From Okamejei kenojei (Eukaryota), in NCBI GenBank assembly GCA_035221665.1, contig CM069148.1, forward strand, positions 49,848,001 through 49,912,000: 64,000 nt of DNA, given 5' to 3'. Of the stretch, positions 36,301 to 50,400 are shown piece by piece. Position 1 is the first letter of the stretch. Every line of letters starts with the position of its first letter. The position numbers and the translations under genes are program-made. The notes below the pieces were generated by a model that saw only the letters and a list, made by a program, of their open reading frames with translations, had not been told where the DNA came from and made no database searches.

Positions 36301-39300
36301 TATCTGGACTTCCAGAAGGCTTTCGACAAGGGTCCCACATAAGAGATTAGTATACAAACTTAAAGCATACGGTATTAGGGGTTCAGTATTGATGTGGATA
36401 GAGAACTGGCTGGCAAAGAGTAGGAGTAAACGGGTCCTTTTCACAATGGCAGGCAGTAACTAGTGGGGTACCCCCCCGCAGGGCTCAGTGCTGGGACCCC
36501 CAGCTATTTTACAAATATATATTAATGATCTGGATGAGGGAATGAAGGCAATATCTCCAAGTTTGCGGATGACACTAAGCTGGGGGGCAGTGTTCGCTGT
36601 GAGGAGGATGCTAGGAGACTGCAAGGTGACTTGGATAGGCTGGGTGAGTGGGCAAATGTTTGGCAGATGCAGTATAATGTGGATAAATGTGAGGGTTATC
36701 CACTTTGGGTGGCAAAACAGGAAAGCAGACTATTATTTAAATGGTGGCCGATTAGGAAAAGGGGAGATGCAGCGAGACCTGTTGTGGCATGGTACACCAG
36801 TCATTGAAAGTAGGCATGCAGGTGCAGCAGGCAGTGAAAAAAGCGAATGGTATGTTAGCTTTCATAGCAAAAGGATTTGAGTACAGGACAGGGAGGTTCT
36901 ACTTCAGTTGTATAGGGTCTTGGTGAGACCACACCTGGAGTATTGCGTACAGTTTTGGTCTCCAAATCTGAGGAAGGACATTATTGCCATAGAGGGAGTG
37001 CAGAGAAGGTTCACCAACTGATTCCTGGGATGTCAGGACTGTCTTATGAAGAAAGACTGGATAGACTCGGTTTATACTCTCTGAATTTAGGAGATTGAGA
37101 GGGATCTTATAGAAACTTACAAAATTCTTAAGGGGTTGGACAGGCTAGATGCAGGAAGATTGTTCCCCGATGTTGGGAAGTCCAGGACAAGGGGTCACAG
37201 CTTAAGGATAAGGGGGAAATCCTTTAAGACCGAGATGAGAAAGACTTTTTTCACACAGAGAGTGGTGAGTCTCTGGAACTCTCTGCCACAGAGGGTAGTT
37301 GAGGCCAGTTCATTGGCTATATTTTAAGTTGGATGTGGCCCTTGTGGCAAGGGGATCAGAGGGTATGGAGAGAAGGCAGGTACGGGATACTGAGTTGGAT
37401 GATCAGCCATGATCATATTGAATGGCGGTGCAGGCTCGAAGGGCTGAATGGCCTACTCCTGCACCTAATTTCTAATGTTTCTAATGTTTTCTAAGAGGCA
37501 GAGAAGGGAAGCACTCGGACACAAAATGTAGGCGAGAAAGAGGAAAAAGATAATAGACAGAGAATAAGGGATGGTGGGTTTCTAAATGTGTATATTTTAA
37601 TGCTAGGAGAATTGTAAGAAAGGTGGATGAACTCAGAGCCTGGATTGACCACCTGGAAATATGATGTTGTGAGAATCAAGTGAAACATGGTTGCAGGAGG
37701 GCTGTGATTGGAAACTAAATATTCCAGGATTTTGTTGCTTCAGGTATGATAGAAATTGGAGGGACCAAGAGTGGAGGTGTTGCATTGATTGTCAGAGAGG
37801 AAATTACAGCAGTGCTTTGGCAGATAGATTAGAGGGCTCATCTAGGGAGGCTATTTGGGTGGAACTGAGAAGTGGGAACGGTGTAGCAACACTTTTAGGG
37901 TGTATTATAGACCGCCAAATGGTGAGCGAGAAATTGGAAGAGCAAATATGTAAGAGAGAAAGCAGATATTAGTGGTAAGCACACGGTAGTGATTGTGGGA
38001 GATTTCAATTTTCCAAAAATAGACTGGGAAACCACATTCTGTAAATGGGCTGGATGGTTTGGAGTTTATAAAATGTGTGCAGGATAGTTTTTTGCAGCAG
38101 TACAAAGAAGTATCGACCAGAGAAGGGTCAGTGCTGGACCTCCTGTTAGGAAATGAGGCAGGTCAGGTGGCGGAGTTATTGCGTTGGTGAGCACTTCGGG
38201 ACCAGTGATCACAATGCCATTAGTTTCAATATAATTATGGAGTCAGAACTGGACCAAGGGTTGAGATTTTTGATTGGAGAAAAGCTAACTTTGAGGGAAT
38301 GCGTAAGGATTTTAAAGGAGTGAATTGGGACACTTTGTTTCATGGGAAGGATGTAGAAGAGAAATGGAAATTTAAAGGGGAAATTGTAAGAGTACAGAAT
38401 CTTTATGTCCCTGTTCGGTTGAAAGGAAATAGTGAAAATTGGAAAGAGCCATGGTTTTCAAGGGAAATTGGACACTTGTTTCGAAAAAAGAGAGATATCT
38501 ACAATAATTATAGGAGGCATGGAGTAAATTAGGTGCTAGATGATTATAAAGAATGTAAAAAGAATCTTAAGAAAGAAATTAGAAAGGCTAAAGCTATTCC
38601 ACTGGGTCTTCCCCATCCCCCCCCTACCATGTAACCCCATGCTCTTCCCCACCCACACCACAGCCCCCCATACCCCCCACCCCCCTGACCACCATCCACC
38701 CCCCCCACCCACACATCGCTCCGTCCTCAATGCACTCACCTGCTCTTCCTCCGACCTTTTCGCCTGTTCACCATCCCCCCGGACCTCTCCTCCTCTCTTG
38801 ACACCGAACGGTCTGTCCTCAGCAGAGGTCTTACTTTGTCCCCCTCCGTCCCCACCTCAATGAGCTTCCCCGCGCCCACCACGACTTAGAGCTCTTCTAC
38901 CGTCACCTCCGCCTCACGGCGGTCTTCCAGGGGAAGAAGTCCTCGCCCCCCACTGATGAGCCCTTTTCCTGTCTCCCACGTACCCCCTCCACTTGGACCC
39001 ACCCACGTAGCCTTCCGGCTCTTAGAACTATTTATCCAGAACTGCGGGCCGTCGGGACATCATCCGCCTCAACTTCTCCACTCCCCTGTCCTCACCTCCA
39101 ATCTCTCCAGCCCCGAACGTACTGCCATCAACTCACTCCGTAACAACCCAGACTGGGTTTATCAAACCCGCCGACAAGGAAGGTGCCGTGGTAGTCAGGC
39201 GCGTCATTCTCTACAAAGCGGAGGCCGCGCGCCTACTCTCGTACACCTCCTCCTACTTACCCCTGGACCATGATCCCACTGACGAACACCAGGCCACCAT

Positions 39301-42300
39301 CTCGAGCACACGTAACCGACTTCATCAGCTCCGGCTCCTCCCCCCACCCCCCCCCCCCCCCCGAGCCGAGCCTACCCCCCCCCCCCACCGACCCCCCCCC
39401 CCCCCCCGATCATCGTTTCCCAGCCCCGCACGGCCCGATTTTACCTTCTCCCCAAAATCCACAAACCGACTGCCCTGGGCAAACCCATTGTCTCTGCCTG
39501 TTCATGCCCCACTGAACACATTGTCTACATACCTTGACGCCATCCTATCCTCCTCTTGTTTAAATCCCCCCGCCTATGTTCAAGACACCTCAGACACTCT
39601 CCGTCGGTTCCGTGCATTCCATATCTCCAGGCCCCCATCCTCTTATCTTTACCATGGACGTCCAGTCACTCTACACCTCCATCCCCCAAACGACAGTCTC
39701 AAAGCCTACCGGTTCTTCCTCGACAGAGGAGCAACCCATACCCGTCCACCGACACCATCCTCCACCAGCGGAGTTGGTCCCTTACCCTCAATAACTTCTT
39801 TTGATTCTCCATTTCCTCAAACACAAGCGTAGCTATGGGCACACCATGGGCCCAGCTACACTTGCCTCTTTGTTGGCTGCGTCGAACAATCCTTGTTCTC
39901 GGCGTACTAGGACCCCATCCCAGACTCTGCCTCCGTTACATTGTGACGACTGCTTTGGTGTCACCTCCTGCACCCACGCGCACAACTGACTGACTTCATC
40001 CATTTCACCACCAAACTTCCATCCGGCACTCAAATACACTTGGACCATTTCCGACATTTCGCTACCATTCCTTGACCTCACCATCTCTATTGCAGGTGAT
40101 ACACTCCTGACCGACATCCACATGCTGCTGCACCCGCTGAGTTTCTCCAGCCTTTTGTGTACCCAAGAAGATATGAGGTTGCTTTGGCAAGAAAGGTGAA
40201 AGTAAATCCAAAGGGTTTCTACACTATATTAATAGCAAAAGGATAACGAGGGATAAAATTGGACCATTAGAGAGCCAGAATGGACAGCTATTTGCAGAGC
40301 CAAAAGAGATAGGGGAGATATTGAACAATTTCTTTTCTTCGGTATTCACCAAGGAGAAGGATATTGAACTCTATGAGGTAAGGGAAAAAAGTAGAGTAGC
40401 TATGGAAACTATGAGATTCAAAGTGGAGGAAGTTCCATTGTTTAAAAAGGGTTCAAAGAATAAACCTAGCAATTATAGACCTGTTAGTTTGACGTCAATG
40501 GTGGGCAAATTAATGGAAAGGATACTTAGAGATAATATATTTAAGCATCTGGATAAACAGGGTCTGATCAGGAACAGTCAACATGGATTTGTGCCGGAAG
40601 GTCATGTTTGACAAACCTTCTTGAATTTTTTGAAGAGGTTACTAGGGAAAAATTATGAGGTTAAAGCAGTGGATGTTGTCTATATGGATTTCAGTAAGGC
40701 CTTTGACAAGGTTCCCCATGGAAGGTTGGTAAGAAGTTTCAATCTTTGGTGTTAATGGCGGAGAAGTAGCAAGATGGATTCAACAGTGGCTGAATTGGAG
40801 ATTTTGTCAAGAGTAATGGTGGATGGCTGTTTGTCAGGTTGTAAGCCGGTGACAGTGGGGTTGCCTCAGGGATCTGTGTTGGGTCCACTGGTTGTTTGTC
40901 ATGTACATCACTGATCTGGATGATGGGGTTGAAAATGGATAAGTAAGTATGCAGATGATATTAAGATAGGTGGTGTAGTTGGATAATGAAGTAGATTTTC
41001 AAATCCACAGAGATATTTGGGCCATTTGGAAAAGTGGCCTGAAAGATGGCAGATGGAGTTTAATGCTGATTAAGTGTGAAGTGCTACATCTTGGCAGGAT
41101 CAATCAATAATAGGATGTACTTGGAGGGAATTGAGGAATGCTGTGGAACAGAGGGATCTAGGAATAACTGTGCATAGTTCCCTGAAGGTGGAATCACATG
41201 TAGATAGGGTGGTAAAGAAAGCTTTTGGTGTGCTGGCCTTTATAAATCAGAGCATTGAATATAGATAGGGAAGGTAAATGTTAAAATTGTAACAAGGCAT
41301 TGGTAAGACCAATTCTGGTGATATGGTTTACAATTTTGGTCGCCTAATTATAGGAAGGATGTCAACAAAATAGATCACAATGAATGGCCTCCTCCTGCAC
41401 CTATTTTCTATGTCTATGATGTGTAATGATCTAAATTTCTATTTGAAGCAAACATTCAAAAGACAGTAAACAGATTTTTTTGAATGTATGCGGGGATAGT
41501 TATCTAAATCAACATGTAGAGAACCAACGAGAGAGCAGGCTATTTTAGACTGGTTTTGAGTAATGAGGAAGGGGTAATTAGCCGATCTTGTTGTACGTGC
41601 CCCCTTGTGGCAAGTGCAGTGACCATAATATGGTTGAGTTCTTCATCATAGGATGGAGAGTGACATTGTTAATTCAGAAACAATGGTTCTGAACTTAAAG
41701 AAAGGTAACTTTGAGGGTATGAGAGACGGTCGAATTGGCCAAGATTGACTGGCAATTAATTCTAAAAGGGTTGACGGTGGATATACAATGGAAGACATTT
41801 AAAGACTGCATGGATGAACTACAAAAATTGTTCATCCCAGTTTTGGCAAAAGAATAAATCGGGGAAGGTAGTGCATCCGTGATAACAAGGGAAATCAGGG
41901 GATAGTATCAAAGCAAAGGATTGATGCGTACAAAGTAGCCAGAAAAAGCAGCATACCAGAGGACTGGGAGAAATTCAGAGACCAGCAGAGGAGGACAAAG
42001 GGCTTAATTAGGAAAGGGAAAAATAGATTATGAAAGAAAACTGCAGGGAACATAAAAACTGACTGCAAAAAAGTTTTTATAGATATGTGAGAGAAAGAGT
42101 TAGTTAAAACAAATGTAGGTCCCTTGCAGTCAGAAACGGTGAGTTGATTCATGGGGAACAAGGATATGGCGGACCAATTGATAAACTACTTTGGTTCCGT
42201 CTTCACTAAGAGAAGACATAAATAATCTACCTAAATAGCAGGGGACTGTGGGTCAAAGGAGGAATTGAGTGAAATCCAGGTCAGTCGGGAAGTGGTGTTG

Positions 42301-43988
42301 GTAAATTGAATAGATTAAAGGCCGATACATCCCCAGGCCAGATAGCTGCATCCAGAGTATCTAAAGGAAGTAGCTCAGAAATAGTGGATGCATTAGTGAT
42401 AATCTTTCAAAAACTCTTTAGATTCTGGAGTAGTTTCCTGAAGGATTGGCGTTGGTAGCAAATGTAGACCCCACTCTTTTTAAGAAGGGGAGGGAGAGAG
42501 AAAACGGGAATTACAGACCAGTTAGTCTAACATCGGGTAGTGGGGAAACTGCTAGAGTCAGTATTAAAGATGGTGATAGCAGCACATTTGGAAAGTGGTG
42601 AAATCATTGGACAAAGTCAGCATGGATTTACAAAAGTAAATCATGTCTGACGAATCTTGTGGAATTTTTTCGAGGATGTAACTAGTAGCGTGGATAAGGG
42701 AGGAGAACCAGTGGATGTGTTAACTGGACTTCCAGAAGGCTTTCGACAAGTGGTCCCACATAAGAGATTAGTATACAAACTTAAAAGCATAGCGGTATTA
42801 GGGGTTCAGTATGATGTGGATAGAGAACTGGCAGGCAAACAGGAAGCAAAGAGTAGGAGTAAACGGATCCTTTTCACAATGGCAGGCAGTAACTAGTGGG
42901 GTACCGCAGGTCAGTGCTGGGGACCCCAGCTATTTACAATAATATTAATGATCTGGATGAGGGAATTGAAGGCAATATCTCCAACTAGTTTGCGGATGAC
43001 ACTAAGACTGGGGGGCAGTGTTCGCTGTGAGGAGGATGCTAGGAGCACTGCAAGGTGATTGGATAGCTGGGTGAGTGGGCAATTGTTTGGCAGATGCAGT
43101 ATATGTGGATAAATTGAGGTTTTATCCACTTTCGTGGGCAAAAGAACAGGAAAGCAGGGATATTATTTAAATGGTGGGCTCGATTAGGAAAAGGGGAGAG
43201 AGAGATGCAGCGAGATGGGTGTCATGGTACACCAGTCATGAAAGTAGGCAAGCAGGTTGCAGAGGCAGCTGAAAAAAGCGAATTTAAATTGGTATGTTAG
43301 CTTTCATAGCAAAAGGCTTTGAGTACAGGGCGGCGAGGGTTCTACTTTCAGTGTACAGGGTCTTGGTGATTGAGACCACACCTGGAGTGTATTGCGGGCA
43401 GTCTTTGGTCTCCCAATCTGAGTGACGGACATTATTGCCATAGAGGGAGTGCAGAGAAGGTTCACCAGACTGATTCCTGGGATGTCAGGACTGTCTTATG
43501 TAAGAAAGACTGGATTGACTCGTGTTTATACTCTCTGGAATTAGGAGATTAAGAGGGGGATTTATAGGAAACTTACAAAATTCTTAAGGGGTTGGTGAAG
43601 GCTAGATGCAGGAAGATTGTTCACGATGTTTGGAGGAAGAAAGTCCAGGACTAAGGGGTCACCAGTCTTAAGGATACGGGGAAATCTTTAAGACCGTGAT
43701 GAGAAAGGATTTCTCACATGAGAGTGGTGAGGTCTCTGGAACTCTCTCGCCACAGAGGGTAGTGAGGCCAGTTCATTGGCTATATTTAAGAGTGAGTTGG
43801 ATGTGGCCCTGTGATAAGGGGTCAGAGGTATGGAGAGAAGGCAGGTTAGAGGATACTGAGTTGGATGATCAGCTCATGATCATATTGAATGCGGTGCAGG
43901 CTCGAAGGGTCTGAATGGCCTACTCCTGCACTTAGCTTTCTATGTTTCTATGTTTACTAACTATTGGACGTAATGAAACTTTCTGGAC

Positions 43989-44034
43989 CATTCTTCGACT
44001 TCTTCATTGACATCATTTACTATTTTGCATTAAT
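43989..44034 (-). CDS. Microexon m3 (degraded or error-laden copy of the DYGKIVNDVNEEVDE type)
   Basis: Clear homology to m5/m7 with an intact acceptor, but several indels and a scrambled donor context. Either a pseudo-exon or sequencing error. Confidence 0.4.
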
Positions 44035-44862
44035 CTGCAGAATAATAAGAGTTTAACCTGACATTAGGTCAACATCAAATGCCACTTCCAAAGTCAGAGT
44101 ATTAAACACTTGGGCAGCGGAACATGGATAGGATTTCGGATAGGTTTAGAGAGATATGGGCCGATAGTGGGCAGGTGGGACTAGTTTAGATGGGGGGCAC
44201 CTTGGTTGGGACAAGGCAAGTTGGGCCGAAGGGCCTTTTTCCGTGATCTTTGAACCATTACTAAGTGTTCACCAAGCAGATTTTCAACAGCTGAACATCC
44301 AAAATCATCTATTGCCAACATCAGTAACAAATATAACTAGTTTATTCATACATGAAACTTTTGTTTGTGAAAGAAATAATCAAATAAATCTGGTGTAATG
44401 TTTGAAGAGATTAACGGGCGGCACAGTGGCGCAGCGGTGTAGAGTTGCTGCCTCACAGCACCAGAGACCCGGGCTCGATCCTGACACGGGTGCTGTCGGT
44501 TGTGTGGCGTTTCAACGTTCCCCTGTGACCCACGTGGGGTTTCTCCGGATACCTCCCTCACTCCAAAGACGTGCAGATTTTGAGGTTAATTTGGCATTGG
44601 TAAAAATTAATAATTTGTCCCTGGAGTATTGGATAGTGTTAGTGTGTGTGATCGTTGGTCGGTGCGGACTCGAGTGGGCTAAAGGGCCCGTTTCTGAGCT
44701 CTATCTCTAAACTAAAACATTCCCTCAGATGCAGCCTGACCACCGAGTTTCTCCAGCACTTTGTGTTTTTGAAATCATTTGGATCATGTGTAATGATCTA
44801 ACTTTTCTACTTGAAGGCAAACATTCAAAATACAGTAACTATTAGAAATGAAGGACTTTTAC

Positions 44863-44909
44863 CTTTATCGGACATTTTTCATTGACATCATTTTCTATTT
44901 TACCATAAT
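44863..44909 (-). CDS. Microexon m2 (47 nt as assembled, probably 45 nt): DYGKIENDVNENVDK-type
   Basis: Identical to m6 except for two one-base homopolymer extensions. Splice sites are intact. It lies in the noisy region. Confidence 0.55.
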
Positions 44910-45893
44910 CTGCAGAATAAAAAGAGCTTAATTAAACTGATTGTTGGAGGAGGAACTGCAGATGCTGGAAAAAACCGATCCCTCCAGGTAGACAAAAATG
45001 CTAGTGAAACTCAGCGGGGTGAGGCTGCATTCTGTGGAGCGAGCGAATAGGGAACGGTTTTGGTCAAGACCTTCTTCACACTGATGTGGGGGGGTGGGGC
45101 GGGAAAATGAAGAGGCGGAGAGAGTAGGCTGTGGGAGAGCTGTGAAGGGGGAGGGGAAGGAGGGCGAAAGCAAGGACTACCCTGAACCAATTCACTGGTC
45201 AATTCGTCCCTTCCCACCCAAATCACCCCCTCCTCTGGTACTTTCCCTTGCCACCACAGGAAATGCTACACATGTCGCTTTACCTCTCCCCCTCGACTCC
45301 ATCCAAGGACCCAAGCAGTCTTTCCAGCTGAGGCAGAGGTTCACCTGCACCGCCCTCCAATCTCATCTATTGCATCCGCTGTTTTCAGGTGTCAACTACT
45401 CTATATCGGTGAGGGCAAGCGCAGGCTTGTCGATCGCTTCGCCCAACACCTCCACTCAGTTCGCAATAACCAACCTGATATACCGGTGGCTCAGCACTTC
45501 AACTCCCCCTCCCATTCCGAATCCGACTTTTCTGTCCTGGGCCTCCTCCATGGCCAGAGAGAATTGGAGGAGCAGCACCTCATATTGCGCTTGGGTAGTT
45601 TACACCCCAGCGGTATGAACATTGACTTCTCCAATTTTGGGTAGTCCTTGCTTTCACCCTCCTTCCCCTCCTAGCTGTTCCACAGCCTACTGTCTCCACC
45701 TCTTCCTTTTTTCCCCCGCCACACCCCCCCCCCCCCCCCCACCTTTGTCTGAAGAAGGGTCTCGACCCGAAACGTCGCCTATTCATTCGCTCCATAGATG
45801 CTGCCTCACCCGCTGAGTTTCTCCAGCATTTTTGTCTCCCCTTAATTAAACCTGACATTAGTCAAATCAAATTGCCACATCCTAAGTCAAAGT

Positions 45894-46893
45894 CCTTTCA
45901 TTTCAAGAGTTACAACAAATTTATGGACTACACACTAAAGAATATTTTAGATATTTACAAATCAGAAATTATGTTTCTGCAAATACACAAGAACTTAGAA
46001 ATAGAAAGACAGAAATTCTAGATGAATGCTTAAATAAACATCCAAATACGGGAAAAATGAATTCATATATATACAATATTCTATTGGAAAGTGATGTTCC
46101 ATCAACAGAAATATATAGACAGTCTTGGGAAAATGAACTAGGCCAAATTATAAGGCCAGAACTAATGGATATTGAAAGTTTTACAACATATACTTCATTG
46201 TTCGTTAAATGCTAAACATTCCCTTATACAGTTTAAAATACTACATAGATTACATTATTCAAATCTAAATTACATAACATCTTTCCAAAAGTATCCCCAT
46301 ATGTGATAAATGTCAACATTCAGAAGCAAATTTATCACAACTCATTTACTAACTGTATAAAAATTACAAAATTCTGGATATAAATATTTAAGATAATTTC
46401 GAATGTTGTCAATATAATTCTGACTCCTGATCCAAAGTTAATAATACTTGGAATACTAGAAACAGACCAGCTAGTAACAATGAATCAAAGAATTTTTATT
46501 GACTACGGTTTAATAATTGGGAAAAAATTAATATTTAAAATTTTGGAAAGGCCCTACATCCCCAACAATCAAAATGTGGAACACAGAAATGTCGGAGAGA
46601 CTTCATCTGGAGAGATTGAGGCTTGTCTTAATGGACAGGTTAGATCTCTTCAGAGAGATTTGGTCTCCATTTATCAAGTATTTACAGGGTCATAATGGTT
46701 CGGCACGAGGGCTTGACTGAGACCTGAATATTAGAATGGATGAAGAAACATATAATAAATCATGACTATATCTCCAACGACGGATTAATGATTAATACTC
46801 CATTCACCATCATACTTCTTACACTCTTTTTCTCTATTTTTTCCTACTTTTATTAAAAAAAAAGTAAAATAAAAAAACAAAACAAAAAAACAT
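45894..46893 (+). mobile_element. L1-clade LINE 3' fragment with A-rich tail
   Basis: 9-bp TSD agtcaaagt at 45885-45893 and 46894-46902. AT-rich ORF2 C-terminal remnant (QFKILHRLHY, CDKC). Confidence 0.8.
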
Positions 46894-47126
46894 AGTCAAA
46901 GTATTAAACACTTGGGTAGAAACATGGATAGGATAGGTTCAGAGGGATATGGGCCAATCGTGGGCAAGTGGGACTAGTTTAGATGGGGCACCTTGGTCGA
47001 CAAGGGCAATTTGGGCCGAAGGGCCTTTTTCCATGATCTATGACTAAGTGTCTCACCAAGCAGATTTTAAACAACTGAACATCCAAAATCATCTATTGTC
47101 AACATCAGTAACAAATATATCTAGTT

Positions 47127-49990
47127 CAATTCAATTCAATTCAAATTTAATGTCATTGCACAGATACAAGTATGGGTACAACGAAATGCAGTTTAGTGTC
47201 AATACGTAGTGATAGCAATGTTTAGATAAATGCAGATAAATAAATACAGATGTGGGAATCTATCGGCGGGACTCCGAGTTCAGCAGTGCGATGGTGTTAT
47301 TGTAGAAGCTACTCCTCATCCTGCTGGTGCGGGACCTGAGGCTCCTGTACCGCCTCCCCGATGGTAGGAGGGCAAACAGTCCATGGTTAGGGTGGGAGGG
47401 GTCCTTGATGATCTTCCCAGCCCGTCTCAGACACCGTTTCCGGTGGAGGGCATCCAAAGCAGGGAGCGGGCACCGATGATGTGCTGGGCGGTTTTCACCA
47501 AACCCGTTGTAGTGCCTTCCACTCTGCTACGGTGTGCAACTGCTGTACCATTACCGTAAAGCAGGTGGTCAGGATGCTTTTGATGGTACAGCGGTAGAAA
47601 GTTGGTCAGGATCTGGGGGGACAGGTGGGCTTTTTTGAGCTCCTCAGGAAATAAAGGCGCTGCTGCGCCTTTTTGACCAGCTTGGAGGTGTTGAGGGACC
47701 AGGACAGATCCTCCGAGATGTGTACCCGAGGAATTTGTAGTTGGAGACCGCTCCACCTCAGTCCCGTTTATATGGATGGGGGTGTGTCTGCCCCCTCTGT
47801 TCTTCCTGAAGTCGACAATGATCTCCTTCGTCTTTTGGGAGTTTAAGGACGAGGTTGTTATTGGCACACCAGGTTGTCAGGTGCTGGACCTCCTCCCTGT
47901 AGGCTGACTCGTTGTTATCGCTGATCAGTCCTACCACCGTGGTGTCGTCGGCAAATTTTATGATGGCGTTGGAGCTAAACTTAGGGATGCAGTCATGGGT
48001 GAAGAGAGAGTAGAGGAGAGGACTGAGCACACAGCCTTGTGGCACGCCAGTGTTCAGTGTTATAGTGGAGGAGGTGAGGTTGTTGATCCTAACAGACTGG
48101 AGTCTGTTAGTGAGGAAATCCAGTGTCCAATTGCAGAGGGAAGTGGAGATGCCAAGACCGCTGAGTTTGGTGATCAAGCTAGCGGGTATGACAGTGTTAA
48201 AGGCGGAACTGAAGTCGATGAACAGCAGCCTGATGTAGGTGTTATTGCTGTCCAGGTGGGTCAGGGCAGAGTGTAGGGCCGCAGATATGGCGTCTTCTGT
48301 TGACCTATTGGTCCGGGAGGCAAACTGATGGGGGTCCAGTGTGGGGGGGAGGCTGGCTTTGAGGTGGAGCCAAGATCAGCCGCTCGAAGCACTTGGCGAT
48401 GACAGGGGTGAGTGCCACTGGCCGGGAAATCATTGAGACTCCCTGTCGCTGATTGTTTGGGCACTGGCACAATGGTAGATGTCTTGAGGAAAGTGGGGAC
48501 GACACCCTGGGCCAGTGACAGATTGAAGATGTCAGTGAGGACCAGGATAGTTGTCCAGCACATGCCCTGAGCACCCGCCCGGGGATGCCATCGGGGCGCG
48601 GCAGCTTTGTGCTCATTCACCTTGCTCAGTGCATCCTGAACAGCAGAGGTGGAGAGACTGAGGGGTTGTTCATGCGGGGGTGGAGCACCTTTGATGGCAG
48701 TAGTTTTGTTCTCCCGGTCGAAGCGGGCGTAGAAATAGTTTAGCTCGTCAGGAAGGGAGGCATTGTCTGGGGGGGGAGTGTTAACTTTATGGTGATCGGC
48801 AATGGATTTGATTCCTTGCCACATGCGCCTGGGGTCAGAGTTATTTCGGAAATGCTCCTCAATCCGCCGTTTGTGATTAAGTTTAGCATTCCTGATTCCC
48901 TTTTTCAGATTGGCCTTGGATGAGCTGTAACCCTCAGCATCTCCAGATTTAAAAGCGGCGTCGCGAGCCTTCAGCAGGAGTCTGACCTCCCTGTTCATCC
49001 ACGGCTTCTGGTTTGGGAAGGTCCTTATTACTTTGTGTGTAGTGACGTTGTCCGTGCAGAATTTTATGTAGTCCAGAACGGTTGAGGTGTATGAGTTAAT
49101 GTCCACATGGGAGTTGAAGGTGGCCTGGGTGGCAAACAGACTCCAGTCTGTTTGCTGAAACTGTTCCTGTAAGACAGAGACAGCCCCCTCAGGCCAGACC
49201 TTCACTGACCTCACGGAAGGTTTCACACGTCTGATCAGAGGTGTGTATTTGGGGAGCAGGAACAGAGAGAGGTGGTCAGACTGTCCCAGGTGGGGGAGGG
49301 GGAGGGCTTTGTATGCATCAGCAATGTTGGTGAATACTAGGTCCAGAGTCTTGTTACCTCTGGTTGGGCAGGAGACATGTTGGTGGAATCTGGGGAGTAC
49401 AGTTTTGAGGTTAGAGTGGTTGAAATCACCTGCAGCAATAAAAAGCCGCTGTTCTATCGGCCCTGAAGACAGTGCGCCCCCTCCAGCTCGATGGCGTTGT
49501 CCGGGATGTTGTCGGTGAGCCATGTTTCGGTGAGACCATGGCGTTGCAGTCGGCGATCCGTTTGTGTGTGGTGATCCGCAGCCGCAGTTTCGTCGATCTT
49601 ACTCACCAGGGACCGGACATTCGCAAGGAAAATGCTGGGCAGAGCTGGCTGGTGCGGGTTTGATCTCAGCCTCGCTCGACAGCCTCCGCGCTTCCCACGT
49701 CTCTGCTTGCGGTCCCTGCGCCGCCTCCGGGCACTTCCTGTCGGGAGAGCTGGCCCGCTAGACCCCGGTGTCCTGGCGATCTCCGGCGGCAGTTGAAAGT
49801 CGCTTCTGCGGCTTGTTACATGCAGACGGCCGAGCTCCAGTAGCTCCTGACGGCCGTACAGAGTCTTCGCTCGAGTGCTCCGGGCGAAAACTAGGTTAAT
49901 TATTAACAGGACTAAAAAAAAATTGCTAAAACTACGGAGACACAGAGCCTCGCGTTGTGCACGCGACGCCATCTTGGATGATCTCATCCA
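47127..49990 (-). mobile_element. Near full-length Rex1/Babar-type LINE with an internal endonuclease deletion and frameshifts
   Basis: 5' end ccaagatggcg. Motifs [40 protein letters not shown] and FADD. (ttgaa)n tail and flanking tagtt duplication. Confidence 0.85.
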
Positions 49991-50400
49991 TAGTTTATTC
50001 AACATGAAACTTTGTTGTGAAAGTAATAATCAAATAAATCTGGTGTAATGTTTGAAGAGCTAACGGGCAGCACAGTGGCGCAGCGGTAGAGTTGCTGCCT
50101 CACAGCACCAGAGACCCGGGCTCGATCCTGACCACTGTGGCTGTCTGTGTGGAGTTTGGACGATCCCCGTGACCACGTGGGGTTTCTCCGGATTCTCCGG
50201 ATAACTCCCACATTCCAAAGTTTAATTGGCATCGGTAAAAATTATAAATTGTCCCTGGAGTATTGGATAGCGTTAGTGTGTGGTGATCGTTGGTCGGTGC
50301 GGACTCGGTAGGCCAACGGGCCTGTTTATGAGCTCTCTCTAAAGTAAACATTACTTCCAGATTCAGCCTGAGCCACCGAGTTCCTCCAGCACTTTGTGTT

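Larger units (their letters stand above)
20971..45893. repeat. Tandem segmental duplication with ~11.4-11.6 kb period (two full units plus a partial third), each unit carrying two microexons
   Basis: The same order (microexon pair, V-SINE, Penelope, CR1 with ORF1, CR1 with Penelope RT insert, CR1) recurs. Offsets are 21843 to 33259 = 11416 and 33259 to 44863 = 11604. Confidence 0.9.
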
